Assembly (NCBI GenBank): GCA_964519725.1
Contig: CAZFKS010000003.1
Coordinates: 15,821-79,820 of the forward strand
Length of the DNA: 64,000 nucleotides
Source: an uncultured Gammaproteobacteria bacterium
Lineage (GTDB): Bacteria; Patescibacteriota; Patescibacteriia; Magasanikbacterales; UBA922
Direction of reading: 5' to 3'
Part shown: positions 36,685 to 45,997 of the stretch, in pieces
Numbering within the stretch: position 1 is the stretch's first letter
Layout: the number at the start of each line of letters is the position of its first letter
Notes under the pieces: model-generated
The model's input: only the letters and a program-made list of their open reading frames with translations
Databases searched by the model: none
Told to the model about the DNA's origin: nothing
Made by a program: the position numbers and the translations under genes

Positions 36685-39018
36685 TCAGCGAGGTCTTTCG
36701 CAGGCATACCCAAAGAGCGCTGAGCATGGAACGTCTGCCCACCCCGCAGCTCCGCAGCCGGCGGACTGAAAGTCTGGAGGGCACGTCGCGATGCACTCCT
36801 CTCGCTTTGGGCCATTCGGATCTCCGGGCTGCCAGCGCTCATAGCTCCATTTTGCGCCGGTCGACCATGCGAACCGTCTCTTGTGGTTCTTGTATGTCGC
36901 GCGTGCTCCGAGCCAGAGCGAAGCTCTGAGCGTGGAGCTAATCTCGTCGATCGCCGCTTGCTCCTCAGCGGTTGCAATCGCTGCCAGCGCCATCTTTCGC
37001 TGCGTGCAATCGGCCAGCGCACCTTCCCATGACCGGCGCACTGACGTTGCCCAAAACTGCTTGCTCTTGGTTACCGCTACAGCTATGGCCACTGACGACG
37101 TTGGGGTGGATGGCATCTGCGGCACTTGCGATCGAGGCTGGGCAGACGGCACGGGATGGGCATCAACCCGGGCGTTTGCGGCACGTTCAACAGCGCCCGA
37201 GTCGTTCCCCGACTTCTTCTTGGGCTCGTTCATTGGCGAAGTGTCGGCCCGCTTGGGGACTGCAAATACGAGAACGGTCAGCGCGATGATGAATCCAAGT
37301 GGTACCCACACCAACCAACGTGACCCACCACCAGGCCGGGGCGAGGGGAAGCCCGGACCGTCTAGGGTCGTTCCGGATGAAAGTTCACGCTGAGATTGCG
37401 TGGGTTGCCGCGGTGCTGTGCGCGAACGCGCAGGCCCGGAGTCAATCCCGACTCGGCGGTCTAGTTCGCGGTGAGCTTCATCGGAAATCGCGCGAAGTTC
37501 ATCCGACACGAGCACTGTGGGAGCGCCCGCGAGCGAAGCCAAATCGACGTCGCGTGAGTCCTTTATTCTCGACAAGATCTCCGCAGCCCTATGGGGCAGA
37601 TGCGACGCAAATAGCATCGCGGACGTGAACGGCGCCTCATCGGCCACAATATGAAGGTACAAGATCCCCAATCGTCTGTCGCCGATGCCCCGGTTCCCTT
37701 CGAGGCACCACTGGGCGGCTTTGAAGCACCGAAGCAGCATGCCTTCGTGAAGCAACTTCAAACACTCCGGATAATCTCGAAGTGGTTCGAGGCCAGACTC
37801 CCGCAAACGTGTCTGTAGCGCTCCTTGGGGATGTTCCGCCTCGTAGACGGCGAATTCCTTGGCACTGATAAGCCCGTACCGTCGATTCGACGGGAGCAAC
37901 TTCGTCGCGACGCCAGCCGAGGGCGCGGGAGAATCCTCGCTCGTTGGAGCGTTGCCGTTCACCGGGCCGTACTTCGGAATGAAGACAACCGGTGTCGGCT
38001 CCTCATGAGGGTCGAGCGAGAACGAGCGGTCAACCATGTTCGTCCGCGCGACGGCCGCGTTCCAGATCGCCTTCTCCTGCTCTGCCGTCACCCGGAGGCG
38101 GAGCGACAGTTCGCGGTGGATGTTGGTGGCATTTTCGAAGAGTGAGTTCGCAACGCGCGCATTGCGACTGCGCAACTCGCTCGCACCGAATAGCAGCGGG
38201 ACCAGGATGGCGGGAAGGAGCAACGGATCGAATCGATCGATCGTCCAGGCAAGCAGTACTAGTGAAATCCCGCGGAACACCGCGTCGTCATTGCTCTCAC
38301 GAAAGGCGTTAAGAACGTTGCGGCTTAGAACAAGGGGAATGAGAGGACCCACGATCGAGGCTCCGAGTGCATTCCGAGTGCCTCCTCCGTCGAACTCGAT
38401 GGGGGCAAAATTCCCCGTTCGCAGGAACGAGCAGATGTCGATCAGCATTTGAGCGAAAGCCGGGTGGCCGTGCCGCCACATCCCGCGATACCCTGGATGT
38501 AGCTCAGTCTCGCCGAGTAGACCTGTTACGCTGCTCTCCGCGACGCGAAACCCGACCTTCGTTGGTTCCTCGGCACTCCAGGGTCCCTGCGTGGTCGCGA
38601 TGTGGCACAGATAGCCGAAGAGATTCGAGACATCTCGGTCGAGGTTCGAGAGCAGTTCGCGCGTAGTCGGAGCCAAATGTGGCCTCGTGTCGAACAGTGC
38701 CCGCTCAATCGAGCCAAGAAGAGCACCACAGTTCCGCATCGGGAGTGCAAGAACTTGAGTCAGGTCGATGGTGAGACAATGCGTCCACGCCCACGTCAGT
38801 CCGCGGTCTAGGAGGCCACCGAAGTCGGGCAGCGCTGCACCGCCTAGTACTTCCCTGCACGCCTCGAATCTCTCGCCAAGCGTGCCCGCACGTAGGAAAA
38901 CGCCGCTCCACACGGCTGCAAATGATGTCGAAACCGCGGGTGACGTGGAGTCGCGCACCTTGACCTCCAAGCTGGCGCGGGACAGCGTAGCAGAGCGAGA
39001 GAGTCCCGTGAAGGCCAC
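36685..39018 (-). CDS. membrane protein with large N-terminal cytoplasmic domain, single TM helix and C-terminal extracellular C-type lectin domain
   Basis: TM WLVWVPLGFIIALTVLVFAV. C-terminus WATSVRRSWEGALADCTQRKMALAAIATAEEQAAI...WLGA...WSTGAKWSYERWQPGDPNG...EECIATC...GWADVPCSALFGYACE is a C-type-lectin-like pattern. Confidence 0.6.
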   Translation of the reverse strand: MAFTGLSRSATLSRASLEVKVRDSTSPAVSTSFAAVWSGVFLRAGTLGERFEACREVLGGAALPDFGGLLDRGLTWAWTHCLTIDLTQVLALPMRNCGALLGSIERALFDTRPHLAPTTRELLSNLDRDVSNLFGYLCHIATTQGPWSAEEPTKVGFRVAESSVTGLLGETELHPGYRGMWRHGHPAFAQMLIDICSFLRTGNFAPIEFDGGGTRNALGASIVGPLIPLVLSRNVLNAFRESNDDAVFRGISLVLLAWTIDRFDPLLLPAILVPLLFGASELRSRNARVANSLFENATNIHRELSLRLRVTAEQEKAIWNAAVARTNMVDRSFSLDPHEEPTPVVFIPKYGPVNGNAPTSEDSPAPSAGVATKLLPSNRRYGLISAKEFAVYEAEHPQGALQTRLRESGLEPLRDYPECLKLLHEGMLLRCFKAAQWCLEGNRGIGDRRLGILYLHIVADEAPFTSAMLFASHLPHRAAEILSRIKDSRDVDLASLAGAPTVLVSDELRAISDEAHRELDRRVGIDSGPARSRTAPRQPTQSQRELSSGTTLDGPGFPSPRPGGGSRWLVWVPLGFIIALTVLVFAVPKRADTSPMNEPKKKSGNDSGAVERAANARVDAHPVPSAQPRSQVPQMPSTPTSSVAIAVAVTKSKQFWATSVRRSWEGALADCTQRKMALAAIATAEEQAAIDEISSTLRASLWLGARATYKNHKRRFAWSTGAKWSYERWQPGDPNGPKREECIATCPPDFQSAGCGAAGWADVPCSALFGYACERPR

Positions 39019-39213
39019 TGCGCCTCAAGAGGCCCTCACGAACCTGCTTGGGAGCGGACGTCACCTCCTCGCGCTTCGTTGGCGTTGTAGTTCCGGGCTG
39101 GCGCCTTTTGATTCCCGACCAACGCTGTGCCTGTCGTGCTGCTTCGCTGCCGCATGAGGAATGTCTCACCGGAACGGCCGTCTCGCGCGCCGTCAACTCG
39201 TAATTAGGCGCCT

Positions 39214-39229
39214 GTTTCCCCGGGGAAAC
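39214..39229. promoter_or_regulatory. 16-bp perfect palindrome GTTTCCCCGGGGAAAC (copy 1), candidate operator
   Basis: 10 nt after the giant Cys-rich gene stop and about 195 nt upstream of the CTLD gene start. Confidence 0.5.
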
Positions 39230-39238
39230 ACGGTTCCT

Positions 39239-42200
39239 TTAGTTGCATGGCAAGCCCTGGTAGCAGACGTTCGCCGCCGTCTTCCCGGCTGGCGAGAGCA
39301 CTCCCGTTCCGGCGTCCTTCGCAACCGCTAGGCTTCCCGTGTAGCAGCAGTTGTCGTCCGCTCCCGTCCAGCTGAACTCGCCGAGACGCGAGTCGACCTG
39401 CGTGTACTGCATGTATCCCGGGTTTCCGCCGTCCTTGGTTCCACACCGGAGGAAGGAGAACCGAAATGGCAGACCGTCGGCGCAGGTCGAACATCCAGGA
39501 TACGGCTTCAGGCCCACCTTGATGTTCGGCAGCAGGTACTCCACCCAGCCATCCCCGTCACTGTCCGAGACGGAGATCTCCTGGTGACCCCAGGCTTCTC
39601 CGTACGCCCAGCCGATCGCGCAGAGAGTCCCGCTCGCAACGAGCGTTGCGAGGTTGGTGCCGTCGTGGAGGTAGAAGGCCGACACCTTTAGGAGGATGCT
39701 CTTGTTGTCGGGGGACAGCTTGATCGCGAGCAGTGACGGGTCGGCGATGCAGGTCCCCCACGCGCAACCGGCAGAGCACGTAAGAGTGCCCGGGTTTCCA
39801 TTCGTCCAGCATGACGTCTTTGCCCCTGGAGCGCAGGCTCCTTCGCCTTGGCACTGACCCCAGCTCCAGACGCACGAGCTCGTGCAGGTCCGAATCCGCG
39901 AGCCGCAGTTTCCACAGGCGACCGAGTCCTGTGTGCCGGCCATGCAGACGCCACTTTGACCCATACACGTGGTCCAAGCGCCCCAGAGGCAGGTCGCCCC
40001 GCATGTGCGCGACTGGGTGCCGCACATGCCGCAGCTCGCCGTCTGGCTCCCGCCCGCAGGTGAACACGTCCCATCCGCATAGCCATCGCAGTCGTCGTCC
40101 TTCGAGTTCCCGCATACCTCGGCAATGGGAACGACCTCTCCGACACAGGCGCCGAGGCTGCCTCCCGAGCAGCTCCGAACGCCGGGCTTGCACGCGCCGA
40201 CTCCCTTCGTCGCTGCCGGTCCGGAATAGCAGGACTCGGTGTAGGCCGTAGCCACGTGGGTGCAGCCGCTCGAGCTCGCGCACGAGTCCTGGGTGCAGGG
40301 GTTACCGTCGTTGCATGCCGCGGCCGTCCCCGAGCAGAGCCCAGCCTGGCAAACGTCACCAGTCGTGCAGGCGTTCCCGTCGCTGCAGCTCCCTCCGGTC
40401 TGCGCCGCGTGGGTGCAGCCGGATGCCGCCGCGCACCCGTCCACGGTACAAGGCAAGCCATCGTCACACGGGACCGGCGTCCCCTTGCACGTGCCACTCG
40501 CGCAGGAGTCGTTCGTCGTGCAAGCGCTCCCATCAGAACAAGCACCAGGGGAAGGCGTGAACACGCATTGCCCGCTCGCGCAGGAGTCCGAAGTGCAAGG
40601 GTTCGAGTCATTGCAGACGAGCCCGGCGCCTGCGCAGGTTCCACTCGTGCACGTGTCGCCCTGCGTGCACGGGTTCCCATCGGAGCAGGCGGTGCCATTC
40701 GCAAGCGCGCCGTGCGCGCAAGCTCCCTGGCTGCAGGCGTCGCTCGTACAGGCGTTCCCGTCATCTGGGCACGCTCCGGACGCCGCTGGATAGCTGCATC
40801 CACTTGCTGGAACACACTCGTTGCTCGTGCAGGGATTTCCGTCGTTGCACGTGACGGGCTGGCCCTGACACGCACCCGCGACGCAGACGTCGGACGCCGT
40901 ACACGCGCTCCCATCGCTGCAGAGCGTTCCGTTGCCCACAGCGGTAAGAAGGCACGTTCCCGTAGCCGGCTGGCACGCGTTCTTCTGACACGCGTTCGCG
41001 GATGCGGGGCACGTCACAATGCTGCCTGGCTTGGTCGCGCATTCGTTGAGGACGTTGCAATACCGACTGCCGTTGCACTTGTCCGCGTCGTCCGGGCAGT
41101 CCGCATCGGTCTGGCAGGCGCACACGAGGGCGCCCGCCTTGCAGCTGCCGTTCTGGCAGGCGTCTCCGGCTGTGCAAGCGTTGCCGTCGCTGCACGCGGC
41201 CGTGTTGTTCACGGTCTGACAGCCCGAGGCGGGCGCGCAGGAGTCGTTGGTGCAGGGATTCGAGTCATTGCAGACGACCGGCACGCCTGCGCAGGTCCCG
41301 TTCGCGCAGGCGTCTCCGCTCGTGCACGCGCTCCCATCAGAGCACGAGGCTCCTGAGAGCTTCGCGTGCGTGCAAGCTCCGGTCGCTGGCACGCAGGCGT
41401 CCGTGGTGCAGTCGTTCCCGTCATTGCAGTTCGTGACCGTCCCCACGCATGCTCCAGCGACGCAGACGTCCCCCGTGGTGCAGGGGTCATTGTCCGAGCA
41501 CGCGTAGGCGCTGCCGGACACCTTCGGGTGCGTGCAGACGCCGTTCTGGCAGCTGTCGCCAGTGCAGGGGTTGCCGTCGTCCTGGCACGCGGTGCCGTTC
41601 GGCTTCCCCGCGCACGGAGCGCAGCCGTCATCCGGAACGCCGTCACAGTCATCGTCGAGATTGTTGCCGCAGACCTCGAGTACGGCCCCGCAGCCGCCGC
41701 AGGGGTTCTTGACGCCGTCGTCGACCACCGCATCGCAGTCATTGTCCTTCCCGTCGCAGGCCTCGACGAGTCCAGGCCGTGCGCTCGCGTCGTGATCGTC
41801 GCAATCCCCCTGATTCGGCGTGTATCCATCCTGGTCCGTATCCGCGCACGCTGGCGCCAGACTCCCGCCCTTGCAGGTTCCGCTGGCGCACGTGTCACCG
41901 AGGGTGCAGGCGTTTCCGTCCGAGCACGCCGCTCCGGCTGTCACGGCGGGGTGCGTGCAGGACCCGTTGTCACAGACGTCGAGCGTGCATGGGCTGCCAT
42001 CGTTGCACTGCGCGCCGCTTGTGCACTCGCACGCGAGCCCCGCCTTGCACGCACCGGCCTCGCAGTAGTCGCCATGGGTGCACACCGCCGGATTTTGAAC
42101 GCACGGTCCCGACGCGTAGCTCCACTGGCAGCCGACGCCGACGTTGCACCAGTTGTTCGTGCAGACGTTCTCGTCGGAGCACGCGGCGTCGCTCGGGAAC

Positions 42201-45127
42201 CCGATGCAGTCCCCTGTCTCGGTAACAACATCCCCCGTGGTGCAGGCTATGCCGTCGTCGCACGGCTCCCCCGGAACCGGCCCGCAACCATCGTCGACCG
42301 TGCCGTTGCAATCATTGTCGAGGTCGTCGCCGCAAATGTCGTTGTGCTCGTAGTCCTCAGGATCAACCAGCGGATTGCTGTCGTCGCAGTCGGTGTGGCA
42401 GTTCCATTCCGCGGCCGGGTACGCGTTGGTGGCGTAGCACTGACAGACGGAGATGGACGGGGCGCCGCATCCGTCCTTGTCCATATCGACGTAGAACGGC
42501 TTGCAGTTCGGGCCGTTCATGTCGTTATGCGTCCCGTCGCAGTCGTCATCCTCCTCGGTCGTGCAGTCTTCGGTTGCTGCGCAGCTCGTGCAGGTCGAGG
42601 TGTCGAACTTGCAGTTCACGCAGCCAAGTTGGCCACTCGGCTTGCCCTTTGCTTGGCAACTCGAGGGAATCGCGGAGCCATCACACTCCTCAGCTCCCTC
42701 GACGATGCCATTGCCGCAGATGGGGTTGATACCCCCGCAGTCCGAGTCGGGCCAGTCAGCCTTGCCGTCGCAGTCGTCGTCGAGCCCATTCCCGCACTGC
42801 TCAGCGCCGAGGACCGCATGCACCTTCGGGTCGTAGTCGTTGCAGTCGCCGGCGACGAGCGTCGAATAGATCCCGAGGGGGCCGCACGCGCAGCGGATGT
42901 CGCCCTCCTGACCGTACCCATCCTGGTCGACGTCCAAGTAGTAGGGGGTGCAGCCAGGGCCGTTGCGGTCATCAACATCGGTGTAGCCGTCGCAGTCCTC
43001 ATCCACCCCGTTCCCGCAGGACTCAGTGGCTGCCGGTGACACCGCGCCATCCGAGTCGTTGCAGTCGTCGCTGTTCGTCGAAGTAAACACGCCAGACGGC
43101 CCGCACATGCAAACGTCGCCGTTGATCCCGCCGTACCCGTCGCCGTCATCATCCTCGTAGTACGTGGAACAGCCCGTGAGGCTGAAGTCCTCGGTGTCGA
43201 CCTTCCCGTCGCAATCGTTGTCCTTGCCGTCGCAGATCTCCTGACCTGAACAACCCGCGCCGCCGCACTCGGTGTCCTCGCCGTCGACGGCGCCATCACA
43301 GTCATCGTCGGCCCCGTTCGAGCAGCTCTTCTCCTTGGCTTGGCAGCCGTACCCGCACGAACTGACGACGAACGTGCATTTGGTCGAGCACTTGAGGACG
43401 CCTGCGGTGCTGTAGTCGAGCGTGTCACACGTCGCCCCGCCGAACTGGGTACCGTCGCAGAACTCGCCCGGGTCCAGCACCCCGTTCCCGCATTTGGAAC
43501 CACCCCCAGCGACGCCTCCCTGCGGATTCCCGGTCAGCTTGGCGTAGTCCAAGCTGACCTCGTCGAACTCCGTATCGCTGCAGGCCTTCGCGAAGTCGAA
43601 GCGGACCAGAGTGACTGGGCCGCCGTCGGTCCAGCACCTGTTAGTACTCATGTCGAGGTTGAACGTGCACCACTCGCCAACGCCGCATTGAATCGTCCCG
43701 CATACCTTGATGTTGGCGTCGTTCGGTGCAGAGAAGTTAGCGCAATCCACCTCGCTTCCGTTCCACGAGATCTTCTTGGAGCCCTTGAAGTAGAGGCACG
43801 CGGTCCGGTCAGCACAACGTGACGACAGGTAGGAGCTAAACTGGCTGCAGGTTTTTCCATCGATCCACGCATTTTTAAACGTAATGCTTGGATCAGTTGC
43901 CGCAGGGTCGAGGTTCCACGGGATGGCGTCGCCTGGTGGCGGTTGCCGTGTTTTCCCTCTTCCCGGTTCCACGACCCAGCCAGAGAACCCCTTACTGGCA
44001 AACTTCCAGTTCGGGCACCCGGCGGCGTTCGGAACGGGAGTCTTCGTCGCTAGGTCGCAAGTTGTTCCGTCTGGGGGTATGCAGGCGCCGCCACAGCCAT
44101 CGGTTTCAGGGCCACATTTGGCGCCATCGCATTTCGGAACACAGCAAATATTAGCCTTCGTGCATACCGCTGGGAGCGTGCACCCCGGACAGAGCTTCCC
44201 AGGGCAGTTGCTCGCCTGACCGCACTTGCCGGCGCACTGCGGAACGCAGCAGTCTGGGTCCTTGGAATCCGTCGCACCATCGTCGTCATCATCCAGGAGG
44301 TCACCACAGAAAGATTCGTGTCCGGCCGGCGTGCAAGCGCCGCATGTGAACGTGGCCTCAGCTCCGTGATCCTCGATCGCGCCGGGAGCACAAAAACCGG
44401 GTGTCCATCGTTCGAACTGAGCTTCCGGTCCACAGTCAAACCCGGCCCCTGACCCGGCGCCCATGAAGTATGGGCATCTGTCGACGACCTCCGAAACGAG
44501 CCACTTCTTGAGCACGCAATGCGTCGAAAAAGACGTGGCCGCCACGCTAGCTGTTGTGCTTTTCGTGGATCCGGGAAACAGTGGCAATGCAAAGTGGTAA
44601 TCGGTCTTTTCCTTCAAGAGGGTCGCGTCGTATACCCCGACAGCAAAGTTGCCGCCGAACGTCTCAGGCTTGCTCAAGAGGAAATCATAGTACTTGTCCG
44701 TTGCTATCTGGTTGTTTGCAAGAAACGGCAAGCCGCACGTTTTCACGTAGTCCCAGGTGTTGAACTTACCGATTGGCTTGTCGTAGTTGAAGACGTCGAC
44801 GTAGTAGTTCCCAGCTGGCAGATTCGTGTCCAACTGCTTGGAGGTGAAGTTGAAGTCCTTGCCAGGATTTAGTGCATCCCAACCCGGGGCTGCGAACGTG
44901 TGATCGCACACGTCCACCTGGATCTCCAACGCAGATGTCCCGTTCGCATAGGTCGGGAAGCTGGGCTTCTTTTCATACCGAAAATCCACACGCACCAGAT
45001 GGTGTGTCAGGGTCACTTTCAGGTAGTCCGGCTTCGGTATCGTCCCCGCGCTTGCCGTGAAGCTTCCGACGAGCAGGCACCAGCTGACGACGGCAGAAAT
45101 TCCAGGGGAGATCGGCATGATGCTCAC
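39239..45127 (-). CDS. 1,962-aa secreted cysteine-rich repeat protein (Myxococcus-type CGNGxxExxEECD repeats, CDGxDNDCDG putative metal-binding motifs, many about 27-aa CxDGNxCTxDxCxxGxC repeats)
   Basis: Signal peptide MSIMPISPGISAVVSWCLLVGSFTASAG; one continuous ORF. Antisense ORFs listed over it are Arg/Ala-rich composition artefacts. Confidence 0.75.
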   Translation of the reverse strand: MSIMPISPGISAVVSWCLLVGSFTASAGTIPKPDYLKVTLTHHLVRVDFRYEKKPSFPTYANGTSALEIQVDVCDHTFAAPGWDALNPGKDFNFTSKQLDTNLPAGNYYVDVFNYDKPIGKFNTWDYVKTCGLPFLANNQIATDKYYDFLLSKPETFGGNFAVGVYDATLLKEKTDYHFALPLFPGSTKSTTASVAATSFSTHCVLKKWLVSEVVDRCPYFMGAGSGAGFDCGPEAQFERWTPGFCAPGAIEDHGAEATFTCGACTPAGHESFCGDLLDDDDDGATDSKDPDCCVPQCAGKCGQASNCPGKLCPGCTLPAVCTKANICCVPKCDGAKCGPETDGCGGACIPPDGTTCDLATKTPVPNAAGCPNWKFASKGFSGWVVEPGRGKTRQPPPGDAIPWNLDPAATDPSITFKNAWIDGKTCSQFSSYLSSRCADRTACLYFKGSKKISWNGSEVDCANFSAPNDANIKVCGTIQCGVGEWCTFNLDMSTNRCWTDGGPVTLVRFDFAKACSDTEFDEVSLDYAKLTGNPQGGVAGGGSKCGNGVLDPGEFCDGTQFGGATCDTLDYSTAGVLKCSTKCTFVVSSCGYGCQAKEKSCSNGADDDCDGAVDGEDTECGGAGCSGQEICDGKDNDCDGKVDTEDFSLTGCSTYYEDDDGDGYGGINGDVCMCGPSGVFTSTNSDDCNDSDGAVSPAATESCGNGVDEDCDGYTDVDDRNGPGCTPYYLDVDQDGYGQEGDIRCACGPLGIYSTLVAGDCNDYDPKVHAVLGAEQCGNGLDDDCDGKADWPDSDCGGINPICGNGIVEGAEECDGSAIPSSCQAKGKPSGQLGCVNCKFDTSTCTSCAATEDCTTEEDDDCDGTHNDMNGPNCKPFYVDMDKDGCGAPSISVCQCYATNAYPAAEWNCHTDCDDSNPLVDPEDYEHNDICGDDLDNDCNGTVDDGCGPVPGEPCDDGIACTTGDVVTETGDCIGFPSDAACSDENVCTNNWCNVGVGCQWSYASGPCVQNPAVCTHGDYCEAGACKAGLACECTSGAQCNDGSPCTLDVCDNGSCTHPAVTAGAACSDGNACTLGDTCASGTCKGGSLAPACADTDQDGYTPNQGDCDDHDASARPGLVEACDGKDNDCDAVVDDGVKNPCGGCGAVLEVCGNNLDDDCDGVPDDGCAPCAGKPNGTACQDDGNPCTGDSCQNGVCTHPKVSGSAYACSDNDPCTTGDVCVAGACVGTVTNCNDGNDCTTDACVPATGACTHAKLSGASCSDGSACTSGDACANGTCAGVPVVCNDSNPCTNDSCAPASGCQTVNNTAACSDGNACTAGDACQNGSCKAGALVCACQTDADCPDDADKCNGSRYCNVLNECATKPGSIVTCPASANACQKNACQPATGTCLLTAVGNGTLCSDGSACTASDVCVAGACQGQPVTCNDGNPCTSNECVPASGCSYPAASGACPDDGNACTSDACSQGACAHGALANGTACSDGNPCTQGDTCTSGTCAGAGLVCNDSNPCTSDSCASGQCVFTPSPGACSDGSACTTNDSCASGTCKGTPVPCDDGLPCTVDGCAAASGCTHAAQTGGSCSDGNACTTGDVCQAGLCSGTAAACNDGNPCTQDSCASSSGCTHVATAYTESCYSGPAATKGVGACKPGVRSCSGGSLGACVGEVVPIAEVCGNSKDDDCDGYADGTCSPAGGSQTASCGMCGTQSRTCGATCLWGAWTTCMGQSGVCMAGTQDSVACGNCGSRIRTCTSSCVWSWGQCQGEGACAPGAKTSCWTNGNPGTLTCSAGCAWGTCIADPSLLAIKLSPDNKSILLKVSAFYLHDGTNLATLVASGTLCAIGWAYGEAWGHQEISVSDSDGDGWVEYLLPNIKVGLKPYPGCSTCADGLPFRFSFLRCGTKDGGNPGYMQYTQVDSRLGEFSWTGADDNCCYTGSLAVAKDAGTGVLSPAGKTAANVCYQGLPCN

Positions 45128-45133
45128 TCCGGG

Positions 45134-45829
45134 CTAGTTGGGTTGGCCGGACTCGCGAGAAAGAGGTTGCTGGGGCAGGATGATTGGCCACACGGCCGCT
45201 GAACTTTCGCCTTGTCCATGAACGGCACGAATGAAGGCAGGATAGGTGAGCCACATCGACAGGATTGCCTGCCCGGACCCACGAATTCGGAACCCGTAGA
45301 TTGCCAAGCGACCGCCTTCAAGTGCCGTTGACAAGTCTTCCAGCTTGCGTCGGCGCTGAGATTCCTCGGTCAACTTCATTTCGTAGTGCAGGCTGCTCCG
45401 GACGGCAGCGTCTGCTTCCCCAAGATCTGAGCCGTCAACGACGTCGAGTTCGAGATCCTGGGACGTGCTCGTCGAAAGCACCGAGTAGGAAACGACGCGG
45501 ATATCGTGAGCATTTCCCAGGACGGACGCGAGCTCCTCTGGCGTCATGAGGGAAGGGAGAAGGACTTCTCCCACCAGGACACTTGAACCGAACGACCGGA
45601 GTTCCTCAAACCACAACTTCTGCAACGCCGCGTCCTCCGCCCTCAGGGCCAGACACACCGTCGCGTTACTTTCGACTCTGGACGCCGAAGAACCAGGCGG
45701 GCAGTTGAGAACCCGCGGTTCCCTGAAGTCGCCCTCCGACCCGCATGCCACCAGTAGCAGTACAGCCAATAGGAGGGTGATCCACGGACACCAACCAAAG
45801 TCGCGAGGATAAGTGTTGATAGAATTCAT
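45134..45829 (-). CDS. lipoprotein, co-transcribed with the giant Cys-rich protein
   Basis: In-frame ATG at 45829 gives MNSINTYPRDFGWCPWITLLLAVLLLVACGSEG (lipobox). Stop 7 nt before giant gene start. Confidence 0.55.
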   Translation of the reverse strand: MNSINTYPRDFGWCPWITLLLAVLLLVACGSEGDFREPRVLNCPPGSSASRVESNATVCLALRAEDAALQKLWFEELRSFGSSVLVGEVLLPSLMTPEELASVLGNAHDIRVVSYSVLSTSTSQDLELDVVDGSDLGEADAAVRSSLHYEMKLTEESQRRRKLEDLSTALEGGRLAIYGFRIRGSGQAILSMWLTYPAFIRAVHGQGESSAAVWPIILPQQPLSRESGQPN

Positions 45830-45938
45830 ATGCCTTATTGTCTCACACGGCACACCAGCACGCAAGCGCGTGCGCGATCGGCTGTGGCGATGCCACAGGC
45901 GGTCGAAGACCAGTCTTGACCAAAGTGGGGCTTCCGCC

Positions 45939-45954
45939 GTTTCCCCGGGGAAAC
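45939..45954. promoter_or_regulatory. 16-bp palindrome GTTTCCCCGGGGAAAC (copy 2) in divergent promoter region
   Basis: Between the lipoprotein gene start (45829, minus) and the GHKL gene start (45998, plus). Confidence 0.5.
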
Positions 45955-45997
45955 GACTGGGTTCGTTCTTTCTTCCACGCTCGTCTGACGGCACGAT

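Noticed and set aside
39688-43503. Long ORFs in the track on both strands inside the 1,962-aa gene region (e.g. 39688-40914 minus 408 aa, 40256-41356 plus 366 aa, 41366-43039 plus 557 aa, 42616-43503 minus 295 aa)
   Set aside because: Translations are Arg/Ala/Pro/Gly-rich low-complexity strings typical of off-frame or antisense readings of high-GC DNA. They overlap the coherent Cys-repeat frame, which has a signal peptide and a clear repeat structure.
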